From: Eledone cirrhosa
Lineage: Eukaryota
Direction: 5' to 3'
DNA: 64,000 nucleotides
Assembly (NCBI GenBank): GCA_964016885.1
Contig: OZ024741.1
Coordinates: 400,148,001-400,212,000 of the forward strand
The notes beneath the pieces were generated by a model. The model ran no database searches and was not told the origin of the DNA. It saw nothing but the letters and a program-made list of their open reading frames with translations. The position numbers were made by a program, and so were the translations under genes. This document shows, piece after piece, positions 35,451 to 53,400 of this stretch. How positions within the stretch are numbered: position 1 is the first letter of the stretch; each line of letters opens with the position of its first letter.

Positions 35451-38400
35451 ACATTAAGACATGTAATGCTATGTTGTGTGACTTAAGGTCCACTCTATAT
35501 ATTTGATATCAATGTTATGTACACATTAAGACAAGTAATGCTATGTTGTGTGACTGAAGGTCCACTCTATATATTTGATATCAATGTTATATACACATTA
35601 AGAAATGTAATGCTATGTTGTGTGACTTAAGGTCCACTCTATATATATGATATCAATGTTATATACACATTAAGACAAGTAATGCTATGTTGTGTGACTT
35701 AAGGTCCACTCTATATATTTGATATCAATGTTATATACACATTAAGACATGTAATGCTATGTTGTGTGACTTAAGGTCCACTCTATATATTTGATATCAA
35801 TGTTATATACACATTAAGACAAGTAATGCTATGTTGTGTGACTGAAGGTCCACTCTATATATTTGATATCAATGTTATATACACATTAAGACAAGTAATG
35901 CTATGTTGTGTGACTTAAGGTCCACTCTATATATTTGATATCAATGTTATATACACATTAAGACATGTAATGCTATGTTGTGTGACTTAAGGTCCACTCT
36001 ATATATTTGATATCAATGTTATATACACATTAAGACAAGTAATGCTATGTTGTGTGACTGAAGGTCCACTCTATATATTTGATATCAATGTTATATACAC
36101 ATTAAGACATGTAATGCTATGTTGTGTGACTTAAGGTCCACTCTATATATTTGATATCAATGTTATATACACATTAAGACAAGTAATGCTATGTTGTGTG
36201 ACTTAAGGTCCACTCTATATATTTGATATCAATGTTATATACACATTAAGACATGTAATGCTATTTTGTGTGACTTAAGGTCCACTCTATATATTTGATA
36301 TGAATGTTATATACACATTAAGACAAGTAATGCTATGTTGTGTGACTGAAGGTCCACTCTATATATTTGATATCAATGCTATATACACATTAAGACAAGT
36401 AATGCTATGTTGTGTGACTTAAGGTCCACTCTATATATTTGATATCAATGTTATATACACATTAAGACAAGTAATGCTATGTTGTGTGACTTAAGGTCCA
36501 CTCTATATATTTGATATCAATGTTATATACACATTAAGACAAGTAATGCTATGTTGTGTGACTTAAGGTCCACTCTATATATTTGATATTAATGTTATAT
36601 ACACAATAACAGTTAATACTATGTTGTGTGACTTAAGGTCCACTCTATATATTTGATATTAATGTTATATACACATTAAGACAAGTAATGCTATGTTGTT
36701 GGAATTAAGGTCCACTCTATATATTTGATATTAATGTTATATACACAATAACAGTTAATACTATGTTGTGTGACTTAAGGTCCACTCTATATATTTGAGA
36801 TCACTGTTATATACACATTTAGACAAGTAATGCTATGTTGTGTGACTTAAGGTCCACTCTATATATTTGATATCAATGTTATATAAACATTAAGACATGT
36901 AATGCTATGTTGTGTGACTTAAGGTCCACTCTATATATTTGATATCAATGTTATATACACATTAAGACATGTAATGCTATGTTGTGTGACTTAAGGTCCA
37001 CTCTATATATTTGATATCAATATTCTATACACATTAAGACAAGTAATGCTATGTTGTGTGACTTAAGGTCCACTCTATATATTTGATATCAATGTTATAT
37101 AGACATTAAGACAAGTAATGCTATGTTGTGTGACTTAAGGTCCACTCTATATATTTGATATCAATGTTATATACACATTAAGACATGTAATGCTATGTTG
37201 TGTGACTTAAGGTCCACTCTATATATTTGATATCAATGTTATATACACATTAAGACATGTAATGCTATGTTGTGTGACTTAAGGTCCACTCTATATATTT
37301 GATATCAATGTTATATACACATTAAGACAAGTAATGCTATGTTGTGTGACTTAAGGTCCACTCTATATATTTGATATCAATGTTATATACACATTAAGAC
37401 AAGTAATGCTATGTTGTGTGGCTTAAGGTCCATTCTATATATTTGATATCAATGTTATATACACATTAAGACATGTAATGCTATGTTGTGTGGCTTAAGG
37501 TCCACTCTATATATTTGATATCAATGTTATATACACATTAAGACAAGTAATGCTATGTTGTGTGGCTTAAGGTCCATTCCATATATTTGATATCAATGTT
37601 ATATACACATTAAGACATGTAATGCTATGTTGTGTGGCTTAAGGTCCACTCTATATATTTGATATCAATGTTATATACACATTAAGACATGTAATGCTAT
37701 GTTGTGTGACTTAAGGTCCACTCTATATATTTGATATCAATGTTATATACACATTAAGACAAGTAATGCTATGTTGTGTGACTTAAGGTCCACTCTATAT
37801 ATTTGATATTAATGTTATATACACATTAAGACAAGTAATGCTATGTTGTGTGACTTAAGGTCCACTCTATATATTTGATATCAATGTTATATACACATTA
37901 AGACAAGTAATGCTATGTTGTGTGACTTAAGGTCCACTCTATATATTTGATATTAATGTTATATAGACATGTACTGCTATGTTGTGTGACTTGAGGTCAC
38001 TCTATATATTTGATATCAATGTTATATACACATTAAGACATGTAATGCTATGTTGTGTGACTTAAGGTCCACTCTATATATTTGATATCAATGTTATATA
38101 CACATTAAGACAAGTAATGCTATGTTGTGTGACTTAAGGTCCACTCTATATATTTGATATCAATGTTATATACACATTAAGACATGTAATGCTATGTTGT
38201 GTGACTTAAGGTCCACTCTATATATTTGATATTAATGTTATATAGACATGTAATGCTATGTTGTGTGACTTAAGGTCCACTCTATATATTTGATATCAAT
38301 GTTATATAGACATTAAGACAAGTAATGCTATGTTGTGTGACTTAAGGTCCACTCTATATATTTGATATCAATGTTATATACACATTAAGACATGTAATGC

Positions 38401-41400
38401 TATGTTGTGTGACTTAAGGTCCACTCTATATATTTGATATCAATGTTATATACACATTAAGACATGTAATGCTATGTTGTGTGACTTAAGGTCCACTCTA
38501 TATATTTGATATCAATGTTATATAGACATTAAGACAAGTAATGCTATGTTGTGTGACTTAAGGTCCACTCTATATATTTGATATTAATGTTATATACACA
38601 ATAACAGTTAATACTATGTTGTGTGACTTAAGGTCCACTCTATATATTTGATATCAATGTTATATACACATTAAGACAAGTAATGCTATGTTGTGTGACT
38701 GAAGGTCCACTCTATATATTTGATATCAATGTTATATACACATTAAGACAAGTAATGCTATGTTGTGTGACTTAAGGTCCACTCTATATATTTGATATCA
38801 ATGTTATATACACATTAAGACAAGTAATGCTATGTTGTGTGACTTAAGGTCCACTCTATATATTTGATATCAATGTTATATACACATTAAGACAAGTAAT
38901 GCTATGTTGTGTGACTTAAGGTCCACTCTATATATTTGATATCAATGTTATATACACATTAAGACATGTAATGCTATGTTGTGTGACTTAAGGTCCACTC
39001 TATATATTTGATATCAATGTTATATACACATTAAGACATGTAATGCTATGTTGTGTGACTTAAGGTCCACTCTATATATTTGATATCAATGTTATATACA
39101 CATTAAGACATGTAATGCTATGTTGTGTGACTTAAGGTCCACTCTATATATTTGATATCAAAGTTATATACACATTAAGACATGTAATGCTATGTTGTGT
39201 GACTTAAGGTCCACTCTATATATTTGATATCAATGTTATATACACATTAAGACATGTAATGCTATGTTGTGTGACTTAAGGTCCACTCTATATATTTGAT
39301 ATCAATGTTATATACACATTAAGACATGTAATGCTATGTTGTGTGACTTAAGGTCCACTCTATATATTTGATATCAATGTTATATACACGTTAAGACATG
39401 TAATGCTATGTTGTGTGACTTAAGGTCCACTCTATATATTTGATATCAATGTTATATACACATTAAGACAAGTAATGCTATGTTGTGTGACTTAAGGTCC
39501 ACTCTATATATTTGATATCAATGTTATATACACATTAAGACAAGTAATGCTATGTTGTGTGACTTAAGGTCCACTCTATATATTTGATATCAATGTTATA
39601 TACACATTAACACATCTAATGCTATGTTGTGTGACTTAAGGTCCACTCTATATATTTGATATCAATGTTATATACACATTAAGACATGTAATGCTATGTT
39701 GTGTGACTTAAGGTCCACTCTATATATTTGATTTCAATGTTATATAGACATTAAGACAAGTAATGCTATGTTGTGTGACTTAAGGTCCACTCTATATATT
39801 TGATATTAATGTTATATACACAATAACAGTTACTACTATGTTGTGTGACTTAAGGTCCACTCTATATATTTGATATCAATGTTATATACACATTAAGACA
39901 AGTAATGCTATGTTGTGTGACTTAAGGTCCACTCTATATATTTGATATCAATGTTATATACACATTAAGACAAGTAATGCTATGTTGTGTGACTTAAGGT
40001 CCACTCTATATATTTGATATCAATGTTATATACACATTAAGACAAGTAATGCTATGTTGTGTGACTTAAGGTCCACTCTATATATTTGATATCAATGTTA
40101 TATACACATTAAGACATGTAATGCTATGTTGTGTGACTTAAGGTCCACTCTATATATTTGATATCAATGTTATATACACATTAAGACATGTAATGCTATG
40201 TTGTGTGACTTAAGGTCCACTCTATATATTTGATATCAATGTTATATACACATTAAGACATGTAATGCTATGTTGTGTGACTTAAGGTCCACTCTATATA
40301 TTTGATATCAAAGTTATATACACATTAAGACATGTAATGCTATGTTGTGTGACTTAAGGTCCACTCTATATATTTGATATCAATGTTATATACACATTAA
40401 GACATGTAATGCTATGTTGTGTGACTTAAGGTCCACTCTATATATTTGATATCAATGTTATATACACATTAAGACATGTAATGCTATGTTGTGTGACTTA
40501 TGGTCCACTCTATATATTTGATATCAATGTTATATACACATTAAGACATGTAATGCTATGTTGTGTGACTTAAGGTCCACTCTATATATTTGATATCAAT
40601 GTTATATACACATTAAGACATGTAATGCTATGTTGTGTGACTTAAGGTCCACTCTATATATTTGATATCAAAGTTATATACACATTAAGACATGTAATGC
40701 TATGTTGTGTGACTTAAGGTCCACTCTATATATTTGATATCAATGTTATATACACATTAAGACATGTAATGCTATGTTGTGTGACTTAAGGTCCACTCTA
40801 TATATTTGATATCAATGTTATATACACATTAAGACATGTAATGCTATGTTGTGTGACTTAAGGTCCACTCTATATATTTGATATCAATGTTATATACACA
40901 TTAAGACATGTAATGCTATGTTGTGTGACATAAGGTCCACTCTATATATTTGATATCAATGTTATATACACATTAAGACAAGTAATGCTATGTTGTGTGG
41001 CTTAAGGTCCATTCCATATATTTGATATCAATGTTATATACACATTAAGACATGTAATGCTATGTTGTGTGGCTTAAGGTCCACTCTATATATTTGATAT
41101 CAATGTTATATACACATTAAGACATGTAATGCTATGTTGTGTGACTTAAGGTCCACTCTATATATTTGATATCAATGTTATATACACATTAAGACAAGTA
41201 ATGCTATGTTGTGTGACTTAAGGTCCACTCTATATATTTGATATTAATGTTATATACACATTAAGACAAGTAATGCTATGTTGTGTGACTTAAGGTCCAC
41301 TCTATATATTTGATATCAATGTTATATACACATTAAGACATGTAATGCTATGTTGTGTGACTTAAGGTCCACTCTATATATTTGATATCAATGTTATATA

Positions 41401-44400
41401 CACATTAAGACAAGTAATGCTATGTTGTGTGACTTAAGGTCCACTCTATATATTTGATATTAATGTTATATAGACATGTACTGCTATGTTGTGTGACTTA
41501 AGGTCACTCTATATATTTGATATCAATGTTATATACACATTAAGACATGTAATGCTATGTTGTGTGACTTAAGGTCCACTCTATATATTTGATATCAATG
41601 TTATATACACATTAAGACAAGTAATGCTATGTTGTGTGACTTAAGGTCCACTCTATATATTTGATATCAATGTTATATACACATTAAGACATGTAATGCT
41701 ATGTTGTGTGACTTAAGGTCCACTCTATATATTTGATATTAATGTTATATAGACATGTAATGCTATGTTGTGTGACTTAAGGTCCACTCTATATATTTGA
41801 TATCAATGTTATATACACATTAAGACATGTAATGCTATGTTGTGTGACTTAAGGTCCACTCTATATATTTGATATCAATGTTATATACACATTAAGACAT
41901 GTAATGCTATGTTGTGTGACTTAAGGTCCACTCTATATATTTGATATCAATGTTATATACACATTAAGACAAGTAATGCTATGTTGTGTGACTTAAGGTC
42001 CACTCTATATATTTGATATCAATGTTATGTACACATTAAGACAAGTAATGCTATGTTGTGTGACTTAAGGTCCACTCTATATATTTGATATCAATGTTAT
42101 ATACACATTAAGACATGTAATGCTATGTTGTGTGACTTAAGGTCCACTCTATATATTTGATATCAATGTTATATACACATTAAGACATGTAATGCTATGT
42201 TGTGTGACTTAAGGTCCACTCTATATATTTGATATCAATGTTATATAGACATTAAGACAAGTAATGCTATGTTGTGTGACTTAAGGTCCACTCTATATAT
42301 TTGATATTAATGTTATATACACAATAACAGTTAATACTATGTTGTGTGACTTAAGGTCCACTCTATATATTTGATATCAATGTTATATACACATTAAGAC
42401 AAGTAATGCTATGTTGTGTGACTTAAGGTCCACTCTATATATTTGATATCAATGTTATATACACATTAAGACAAGTAATGCTATGTTGTGTGACTTAAGG
42501 TCCACTCTATATATTTGATATCAATGTTATATACACATTAAGACAAGTAATGCTATGTTGTGTGACTTAAGGTCCACTCTATATATTTGATATCAATGTT
42601 ATATACACATTAAGACATGTAATGCTATGTTGTGTGACTTAAGGTCCACTCTATATATTTGATATCAATGTTATATACACATTAAGACATGTAATGCTAT
42701 GTTGTTTGACTTAAGGTCCACTCTATATATTTGATATCAATGTTATATACACATTAAGACATGTAATGCTATGTTGTGTGACTTAAGGTCCACTCTATAT
42801 ATTTGATATCAATGTTATATACACATTAAGACAAGTAATGCTATGTTGTGTGACTTAAGGTCCACTCTATATATTTGATATTAATGTTATATAGACATGT
42901 ACTGCTATGTTGTGTGACTTAAGGTCACTCTATATATTTGATATCAATGTTATATACACATTAAGACATGTAATGCTATGTTGTGTGACTTAAGGTCCAC
43001 TCTATATATTTGATATCAATGTTATATACACATTAAGACAAGTAATGCTATGTTGTGTGACTTAAGGTCCACTCTATATATTTGATATCAATGTTATATA
43101 CACATTAAGACATGTAATGCTATGTTGTGTGACTTAAGGTCCACTCTATATATTTGATATTAATGTTATATAGACATGTAATGCTATGTTGTGTGACTTA
43201 AGGTCCACTCTATATATTTGATATCAATGTTATATACACATTAAGACATGTAATGCTATGTTGTGTGACTTAAGGTCCACTCTATATATTTGATATCAAT
43301 GTTATATACACATTAAGACATGTAATGCTATGTTGTGTGACTTAAGGTCCACTCTATATATTTGATATCAATGTTATATACACATTAAGACAAGTAATGC
43401 TATGTTGTGTGACTTAAGGTCCACTCTATATATTTGATATCAATGTTATGTACACATTAAGACAAGTAATGCTATGTTGTGTGACTTAAGGTCCACTCTA
43501 TATATTTGATATCAATGTTATATACACATTAAGACATGTAATGCTATGTTGTGTGACTTAAGGTCCACTCTATATATTTGATATCAATGTTATATACACA
43601 TTAAGACATGTAATGCTATGTTGTGTGACTTAAGGTCCACTCTATATATTTGATATCAATGTTATATAGACATTAAGACAAGTAATGCTATGTTGTGTGA
43701 CTTAAGGTCCACTCTATATATTTGATATTAATGTTATATACACAATAACAGTTAATACTATGTTGTGTGACTTAAGGTCCACTCTATATATTTGATATCA
43801 ATGTTATATACACATTAAGACAAGTAATGCTATGTTGTGTGACTTAAGGTCCACTCTATATATTTGATATCAATGTTATATACACATTAAGACAAGTAAT
43901 GCTATGTTGTGTGACTTAAGGTCCACTCTATATATTTGATATCAATGTTATATACACATTAAGACAAGTAATGCTATGTTGTGTGACTTAAGGTCCACTC
44001 TATATATTTGATATCAATGTTATATACACATTAAGACATGTAATGCTATGTTGTGTGACTTAAGGTCCACTCTATATATTTGATATCAATGTTATATACA
44101 CATTAAGACATGTAATGCTATGTTGTTTGACTTAAGGTCCACTCTATATATTTGATATCAATGTTATATACACATTAAGACATGTAATGCTATGTTGTGT
44201 GACTTAAGGTCCACTCTATATATTTGATATCAAAGTTATATACACATTAAGACATGTAATGCTATGTTGTGTGACTTAAGGTCCACTCTATATATTTGAT
44301 ATCAATGTTATATACACATTAAGACAAGTAATGCTATGTTGTGTGACTTAAGGTCCACTCTATATATTTGATATCAATGTTATATAGACATTAAGACAAG

Positions 44401-47400
44401 TAATGCTATGTTGTGTGACTTAAGGTCCACTCTATATATTTGATATCAATGTTATATAAACATTAAGACATGTAATGCTATGTTGTGTGACTTAAGGTCC
44501 ACTCTATATATTTGATATCAATGTTATATACACATTAAGACATGTAATGCTATGTTGTGTGACTTAAGGTCCACTCTATATATTTGATATCAATATTCTA
44601 TACACATTAAGACAAGTAATGCTATGTTGTGTGACTTAAGGTCCACTCTATATATTTGATATCAATGTTATATACACATTAAGACATGTAATGCTATGTT
44701 GTGTGACTTAAGGTCCACTCTATATATTTGATATCAATGTTATATACACATTAAGACATGTAATGCTATGTTGTGTGACTTAAGGTCCACTCTATATATT
44801 TGATATCAATGTTATATAGACATTAAGACAAGTAATGCTATGTTGTGTGACTTAAGGTCCACTCTATATATTTGATATTAATGTTATATACACAATAACA
44901 GTTAATACTATGTTGTGTGACTTAAGGTCCACTCTATATATTTGATATCAATGTTATATACACATTAAGACAAGTAATGCTATGTTGTGTGACTTAAGGT
45001 CCACTCTATATATTTGATATCAATGTTATATACACATTAAGACAAGTAATGCTATGTTGTGTGACTTAAGGTCCACTCTATATATTTGATATCAATGTTA
45101 TATACACATTAAGACAAGTAATGCTATGTTGTGTGACTTAAGGTCCACTCTATATATTTGATATCAATGTTATATACACATTAAGACATGTAATGCTATG
45201 TTGTGTGACTTAAGGTCCACTCTATATATTTGATATCAATGTTATATACACATTAAGACATGTAATGCTATGTTGTGTGACTTAAGGTCCACTCTATATA
45301 CTTGATATCAATGTTATATACACATTAAGACATGTAATGCTATGTTGTGTGACTTAAGGTCCACTCTATATATTTGATATCAATGTTATATACACATTAA
45401 GACATGTAATGCTATGTTGTGTGACTTAAGGTCCACTCTATATATTTGATATCAATGTTATATACACATTAAGACATGTAATGCTATGTTGTGTGACTTA
45501 AGGTCCACTCTATATATTTGATATCAATGTTATATACACATTAAGACATGTAATGCTATGTTGTGTGACTTAAGGTCCACTCTATATATTTGATATCAAT
45601 GTTATATACACATTAAGACATGTAATGCTATGTTGTGTGACTTAAGGTCCACTCTATATATTTGATATCAATGTTATATACACATTAAGACAAGTAATGC
45701 CATGTTGTGTGACTTAATGTCCACTCTATATATTTGATATCAATGTTATATACACATTAAGACATGTAATGCTATGTTGTGTGACTTAAGGTCCACTCTA
45801 TATATTTGATATGAATGTTATATACACATTAAGACATGTAATGCTATGTTGTGTGACTTAAGGTCCACTCTATATATTTGATATCAATGTTATATACACA
45901 TTAAGACAAGTAATGCTATGTTGTGTGACTTAAGGTCCACTCTATATATTTGATATCAATGTTATATAGACATTAAGACTAGTAATGCTATGTTGTGTGA
46001 CTTAAGGTCCACTCTATATATTTGATATCAATGTTATATACACATTAAGACAAGTAATGCTATGTTGTGTGACTTAAGGTCCACTCTATATATTTGATAT
46101 TAATGTTATATACACATTAAGACAAGTAATGCTATGTTGTGTGACTTAAGGTCCGCTCTATATATTTGATATCAATGTTATATAGACATTAAGACAAGTA
46201 ATGCTATGTTGTGTGACTTAAGGTCCACTCTATATATTTGATATCAATGTTATATACACATTAAGACAAGTAATGCTATGTTGTGTGACTTAAGGTCCAC
46301 TCTATATATTTGATATCAATGTTATATAGACATTAAGACAAGTAATGCTATGTTGTGTGACTTAAGGTCCACTCTATATATTTGATATTAATGTTATATA
46401 CACAATAACAGTTAATACTATGTTGTGTGACTTAAGGTCCACTCTATATATTTGATATCAATGTTATATACACATTAAGACAAGTAATGCTATGTTGTGT
46501 GACTTAAGGTCCACTCTATATATTTGATATCAATGTTATATACACATTAAGACAAGTAATGCTATGTTGTGTGACTTAAGGTCCACTCTATATATTTGAT
46601 ATCAATGTTATATACACATTAAGACAAGTAATGCTATGTTGTGTGACTTAAGGTCCACTCTATATATTTGATATCAATGTTATATACACATTAAGACATG
46701 TAATGCTATGTTGTGTGACTTAAGGTCCACTCTATATATTTGATATCAATGTTATATACACATTAAGACATGTAATGCTATGTTGTTTGAATTAAGGTCC
46801 ACTCTATATATTTGATATCAATGTTATATACACATTAAGACATGTAATGCTATGTTGTGTGACTTAAGGTCCACTCTATATATTTGATATCAAAGTTATA
46901 TACACATTAAGACATGTAATGCTATGTTGTGTGACTTAAGGTCCACTCTATATATTTGATATCAATGTTATATACACATTAAGACAAGTAATGCTATGTT
47001 GTGTGACTTAAGGTCCACTCTATATATTTGATATCAATGTTATATAGACATTAAGACAAGTAATGCTATGTTGTGTGACTTAAGGTCCACTCTATATATT
47101 TGATATCAATGTTATATAAACATTAAGACATGTAATGCTATGTTGTGTGACTTAAGGTCCACTCTATATATTTGATATCAATGTTATATACACATTAAGA
47201 CATGTAATGCTATGTTGTGTGACTTAAGGTCCACTCTATATATTTGATATCAATATTCTATACACATTAAGACAAGTAATGCTATGTTGTGTGACTTAAG
47301 GTCCACTCTATATATTTGATATCAATGTTATATACACATTAAGACATGTAATGCTATGTTGTGTGACTTAAGGTCCACTCTATATATTTGATATCAATGT

Positions 47401-50400
47401 TATATACACATTAAGACATGTAATGCTATGTTGTGTGACTTAAGGTCCACTCTATATATTTGATATCAATGTTATATAGACATTAAGACAAGTAATGCTA
47501 TGTTGTGTGACTTAAGGTCCACTCTATATATTTGATATTAATGTTATATACACAATAACAGTTAATACTATGTTGTGTGACTTAAGGTCCACTCTATATA
47601 TTTGATATCAATGTTATATACACATTAAGACAAGTAATGCTATGTTGTGTGACTTAAGGTCCACTCTATATATTTGATATCAATGTTATATACACATTAA
47701 GACAAGTAATGCTATGTTGTGTGACTTAAGGTCCACTCTATATATTTGATATCAATGTTATATACACATTAAGACAAGTAATGCTATGTTGTGTGACTTA
47801 AGGTCCACTCTATATATTGATATCAATGTTATATACACATTAAGACATGTAATGCTATGTTGTGTGACTTAAGGTCCACTCTATATATTTGATATCAATG
47901 TTATATACACATTAAGACATGTAATGCTATGTTGTGTGACTTAAGGTCCACTCTATATACTTGATATCAATGTTATATACACATTAAGACATGTAATGCT
48001 ATGTTGTGTGACTTAAGGTCCACTCTATATATTTGATATCAATGTTATATACACATTAAGACATGTAATGCTATGTTGTGTGACTTAAGGTCCACTCTAT
48101 ATATTTGATATCAATGTTATATACACATTAAGACATGTAATGCTATGTTGTGTGACTTAAGGTCCACTCTATATATTTGATATCAATGTTATATACACAT
48201 TAAGACATGTAATGCTATGTTGTGTGACTTAAGGTCCACTCTATATATTTGATATCAATGTTATATACACATTAAGACATGTAATGCTATGTTGTGTGAC
48301 TTAAGGTCCACTCTATATATTTGATATCAATGTTATATACACATTAAGACAAGTAATGCCATGTTGTGTGACTTAATGTCCACTCTATATATTTGATATC
48401 AATGTTATATACACATTAAGACATGTAATGCTATGTTGTGTGACTTAAGGTCCACTCTATATATTTGATATGAATGTTATATACACATTAAGACATGTAA
48501 TGCTATGTTGTGTGACTTAAGGTCCACTCTATATATTTGATATCAATGTTATATACACATTAAGACAAGTAATGCTATGTTGTGTGACTTAAGGTCCACT
48601 CTATATATTTGATATCAATGTTATATAGACATTAAGACTAGTAATGCTATGTTGTGTGACTTAAGGTCCACTCTATATATTTGATATCAATGTTATATAC
48701 ACATTAAGACAAGTAATGCTATGTTGTGTGACTTAAGGTCCACTCTATATATTTGATATCAATGTTATATACACATTAAGACATGTAATGCTATGTTGTG
48801 TGACTTAAGGTCCACTCTATATATTTGATATCAATGTTATATACACATTAAGACATGTAATGCTATGTTGTTTGACTTAAGGTCCACTCTATATATTTGA
48901 TATCAATGTTATATACACATTAAGACATGTAATGCTATGTTGTGTGACTTAAGGTCCACTCTATATATTTGATATCAAAGTTATATACACATTAAGACAT
49001 GTAATGCTATGTTGTGTGACTTAAGGTCCACTCTATATATTTGATATCAATGTTATATACACATTAAGACAAGTAATGCTATGTTGTGTGACTTAAGGTC
49101 CACTCTATATATTTGATATCAATGTTATATAGACATTAAGACAAGTAATGCTATGTTGTGTGACTTAAGGTCCACTCTATATATTTGATATCAATGTTAT
49201 ATAAACATTAAGACATGTAATGCTATGTTGTGTGACTTAAGGTCCACTCTATATATTTGATATCAATGTTATATACACATTAAGACATGTAATGCTATGT
49301 TGTGTGACTTAAGGTCCACTCTATATATTTGATATCAATATTCTATACACATTAAGACAAGTAATGCTATGTTGTGTGACTTAAGGTCCACTCTATATAT
49401 TTGATATCAATGTTATATACACATTAAGACATGTAATGCTATGTTGTGTGACTTAAGGTCCACTCTATATATTTGATATCAATGTTATATACACATTAAG
49501 ACATGTAATGCTATGTTGTGTGACTTAAGGTCCACTCTATATATTTGATATCAATGTTATATAGACATTAAGACAAGTAATGCTATGTTGTGTGACTTAA
49601 GGTCCACTCTATATATTTGATATTAATGTTATATACACAATAACAGTTAATACTATGTTGTGTGACTTAAGGTCCACTCTATATATTTGATATCAATGTT
49701 ATATACACATTAAGACAAGTAATGCTATGTTGTGTGACTTAAGGTCCACTCTATATATTTGATATCAATGTTATATACACATTAAGACAAGTAATGCTAT
49801 GTTGTGTGACTTAAGGTCCACTCTATATATTTGATATCAATGTTATATACACATTAAGACAAGTAATGCTATGTTGTGTGACTTAAGGTCCACTCTATAT
49901 ATTTGATATCAATGTTATATACACATTAAGACATGTAATGCTATGTTGTGTGACTTAAGGTCCACTCTATATATTTGATATCAATGTTATATACACATTA
50001 AGACATGTAATGCTATGTTGTGTGACTTAAGGTCCACTCTATATACTTGATATCAATGTTATATACACATTAAGACATGTAATGCTATGTTGTGTGACTT
50101 AAGGTCCACTCTATATATTTGATATCAATGTTATATACACATTAAGACATGTAATGCTATGTTGTGTGACTTAAGGTCCACTCTATATATTTGATATCAA
50201 TGTTATATACACATTAAGACATGTAATGCTATGTTGTGTGACTTAAGGTCCACTCTATATATTTGATATCAATGTTATATACACATTAAGACATGTAATG
50301 CTATGTTGTGTGACTTAAGGTCCACTCTATATATTTGATATCAATGTTATATACACATTAAGACATGTAATGCTATGTTGTGTGACTTAAGGTCCACTCT

Positions 50401-53400
50401 ATATATTTGATATCAATGTTATATACACATTAAGACAAGTAATGCCATGTTGTGTGACTTAATGTCCACTCTATATATTTGATATCAATGTTATATACAC
50501 ATTAAGACATGTAATGCTATGTTGTGTGACTTAAGGTCCACTCTATATATTTGATATGAATGTTATATACACATTAAGACATGTAATGCTATGTTGTGTG
50601 ACTTAAGGTCCACTCTATATATTTGATATCAATGTTATATACACATTAAGACAAGTAATGCTATGTTGTGTGACTTAAGGTCCACTCTATATATTTGATA
50701 TCAATGTTATATAGACATTAAGACTAGTAATGCTATGTTGTGTGACTTAAGGTCCACTCTATATATTTGATATCAATGTTATATACACATTAAGACAAGT
50801 AATGCTATGTTGTGTGACTTAAGGTCCACTCTATATATTTGATATTAATGTTATATACACATTAAGACAAGTAATGCTATGTTGTGTGACTTAAGGTCCG
50901 CTCTATATATTTGATATCAATGTTATATAGACATTAAGACAAGTAATGCTATGTTGTGTGACTTAAGGTCCACTCTATATATTTGATATCAATGTTATAT
51001 ACACATTAAGACAAGTAATGCTATGTTGTGTGACTTAAGGTCCACTCTATATATTTGATATCAATGTTATATAGACATTAAGACAAGTAATGCTATGTTG
51101 TGTGACTTAAGGTCCACTCTATATATTTGATATTAATGTTATATACACAATAACAGTTAATACTATGTTGTGTGACTTAAGGTCCACTCTATATATTTGA
51201 TATCAATGTTATATACACATTAAGACAAGTAATGCTATGTTGTGTGACTTAAGGTCCACTCTATATATTTGATATCAATGTTATATACACATTAAGACAA
51301 GTAATGCTATGTTGTGTGACTTAAGGTCCACTCTATATATTTGATATCAATGTTATATACACATTAAGACAAGTAATGCTATGTTGTGTGACTTAAGGTC
51401 CACTCTATATATTTGATATCAATGTTATATACACATTAAGACATGTAATGCTATGTTGTGTGACTTAAGGTCCACTCTATATATTTGATATCAATGTTAT
51501 ATACACATTAAGACATGTAATGCTATGTTGTTTGAATTAAGGTCCACTCTATATATTTGATATCAATGTTATATACACATTAAGACATGTAATGCTATGT
51601 TGTGTGACTTAAGGTCCACTCTATATATTTGATATCAAAGTTATATACACATTAAGACATGTAATGCTATGTTGTGTGACTTAAGGTCCACTCTATATAT
51701 TTGATATCAATGTTATATACACATTAAGACAAGTAATGCTATGTTGTGTGACTTAAGGTCCACTCTATATATTTGATATCAATGTTATATAGACATTAAG
51801 ACAAGTAATGCTATGTTGTGTGACTTAAGGTCCACTCTATATATTTGATATCAATGTTATATAAACATTAAGACATGTAATGCTATGTTGTGTGACTTAA
51901 GGTCCACTCTATATATTTGATATCAATGTTATATACACATTAAGACATGTAATGCTATGTTGTGTGACTTAAGGTCCACTCTATATATTTGATATCAATG
52001 TTATATAGACATTAAGACAAGTAATGCTATGTTGTGTGACTTAAGGTCCACTCTATATATTTGATATTAATGTTATATACACAATAACAGTTAATACTAT
52101 GTTGTGTGACTTAAGGTCCACTCTATATATTTGATATCAATGTTATATACACATTAAGACAAGTAATGCTATGTTGTGTGACTTAAGGTCCACTCTATAT
52201 ATTTGATATCAATGTTATATACACATTAAGACAAGTAATGCTATGTTGTGTGACTTAAGGTCCACTCTATATATTTGATATCAATGTTATATACACATTA
52301 AGACAAGTAATGCTATGTTGTGTGACTTAAGGTCCACTCTATATATTGATATCAATGTTATATACACATTAAGACATGTAATGCTATGTTGTGTGACTTA
52401 AGGTCCACTCTATATATTTGATATCAATGTTATATACACATTAAGACATGTAATGCTATGTTGTGTGACTTAAGGTCCACTCTATATACTTGATATCAAT
52501 GTTATATACACATTAAGACATGTAATGCTATGTTGTGTGACTTAAGGTCCACTCTATATATTTGATATCAATGTTATATACACATTAAGACATGTAATGC
52601 TATGTTGTGTGACTTAAGGTCCACTCTATATATTTGATATCAATGTTATATACACATTAAGACATGTAATGCTATGTTGTGTGACTTAAGGTCCACTCTA
52701 TATATTTGATATCAATGTTATATACACATTAAGACATGTAATGCTATGTTGTGTGACTTAAGGTCCACTCTATATATTTGATATCAATGTTATATACACA
52801 TTAAGACATGTAATGCTATGTTGTGTGACTTAAGGTCCACTCTATATATTTGATATCAATGTTATATACACATTAAGACAAGTAATGCCATGTTGTGTGA
52901 CTTAATGTCCACTCTATATATTTGATATCAATGTTATATACACATTAAGACATGTAATGCTATGTTGTGTGACTTAAGGTCCACTCTATATATTTGATAT
53001 GAATGTTATATACACATTAAGACATGTAATGCTATGTTGTGTGACTTAAGGTCCACTCTATATATTTGATATCAATGTTATATACACATTAAGACAAGTA
53101 ATGCTATGTTGTGTGACTTAAGGTCCACTCTATATATTTGATATCAATGTTATATAGACATTAAGACTAGTAATGCTATGTTGTGTGACTTAAGGTCCAC
53201 TCTATATATTTGATATCAATGTTATATACACATTAAGACAAGTAATGCTATGTTGTGTGACTTAAGGTCCACTCTATATATTTGATATTAATGTTATATA
53301 CACATTAAGACAAGTAATGCTATGTTGTGTGACTTAAGGTCCGCTCTATATATTTGATATCAATGTTATATAGACATTAAGACAAGTAATGCTATGTTGT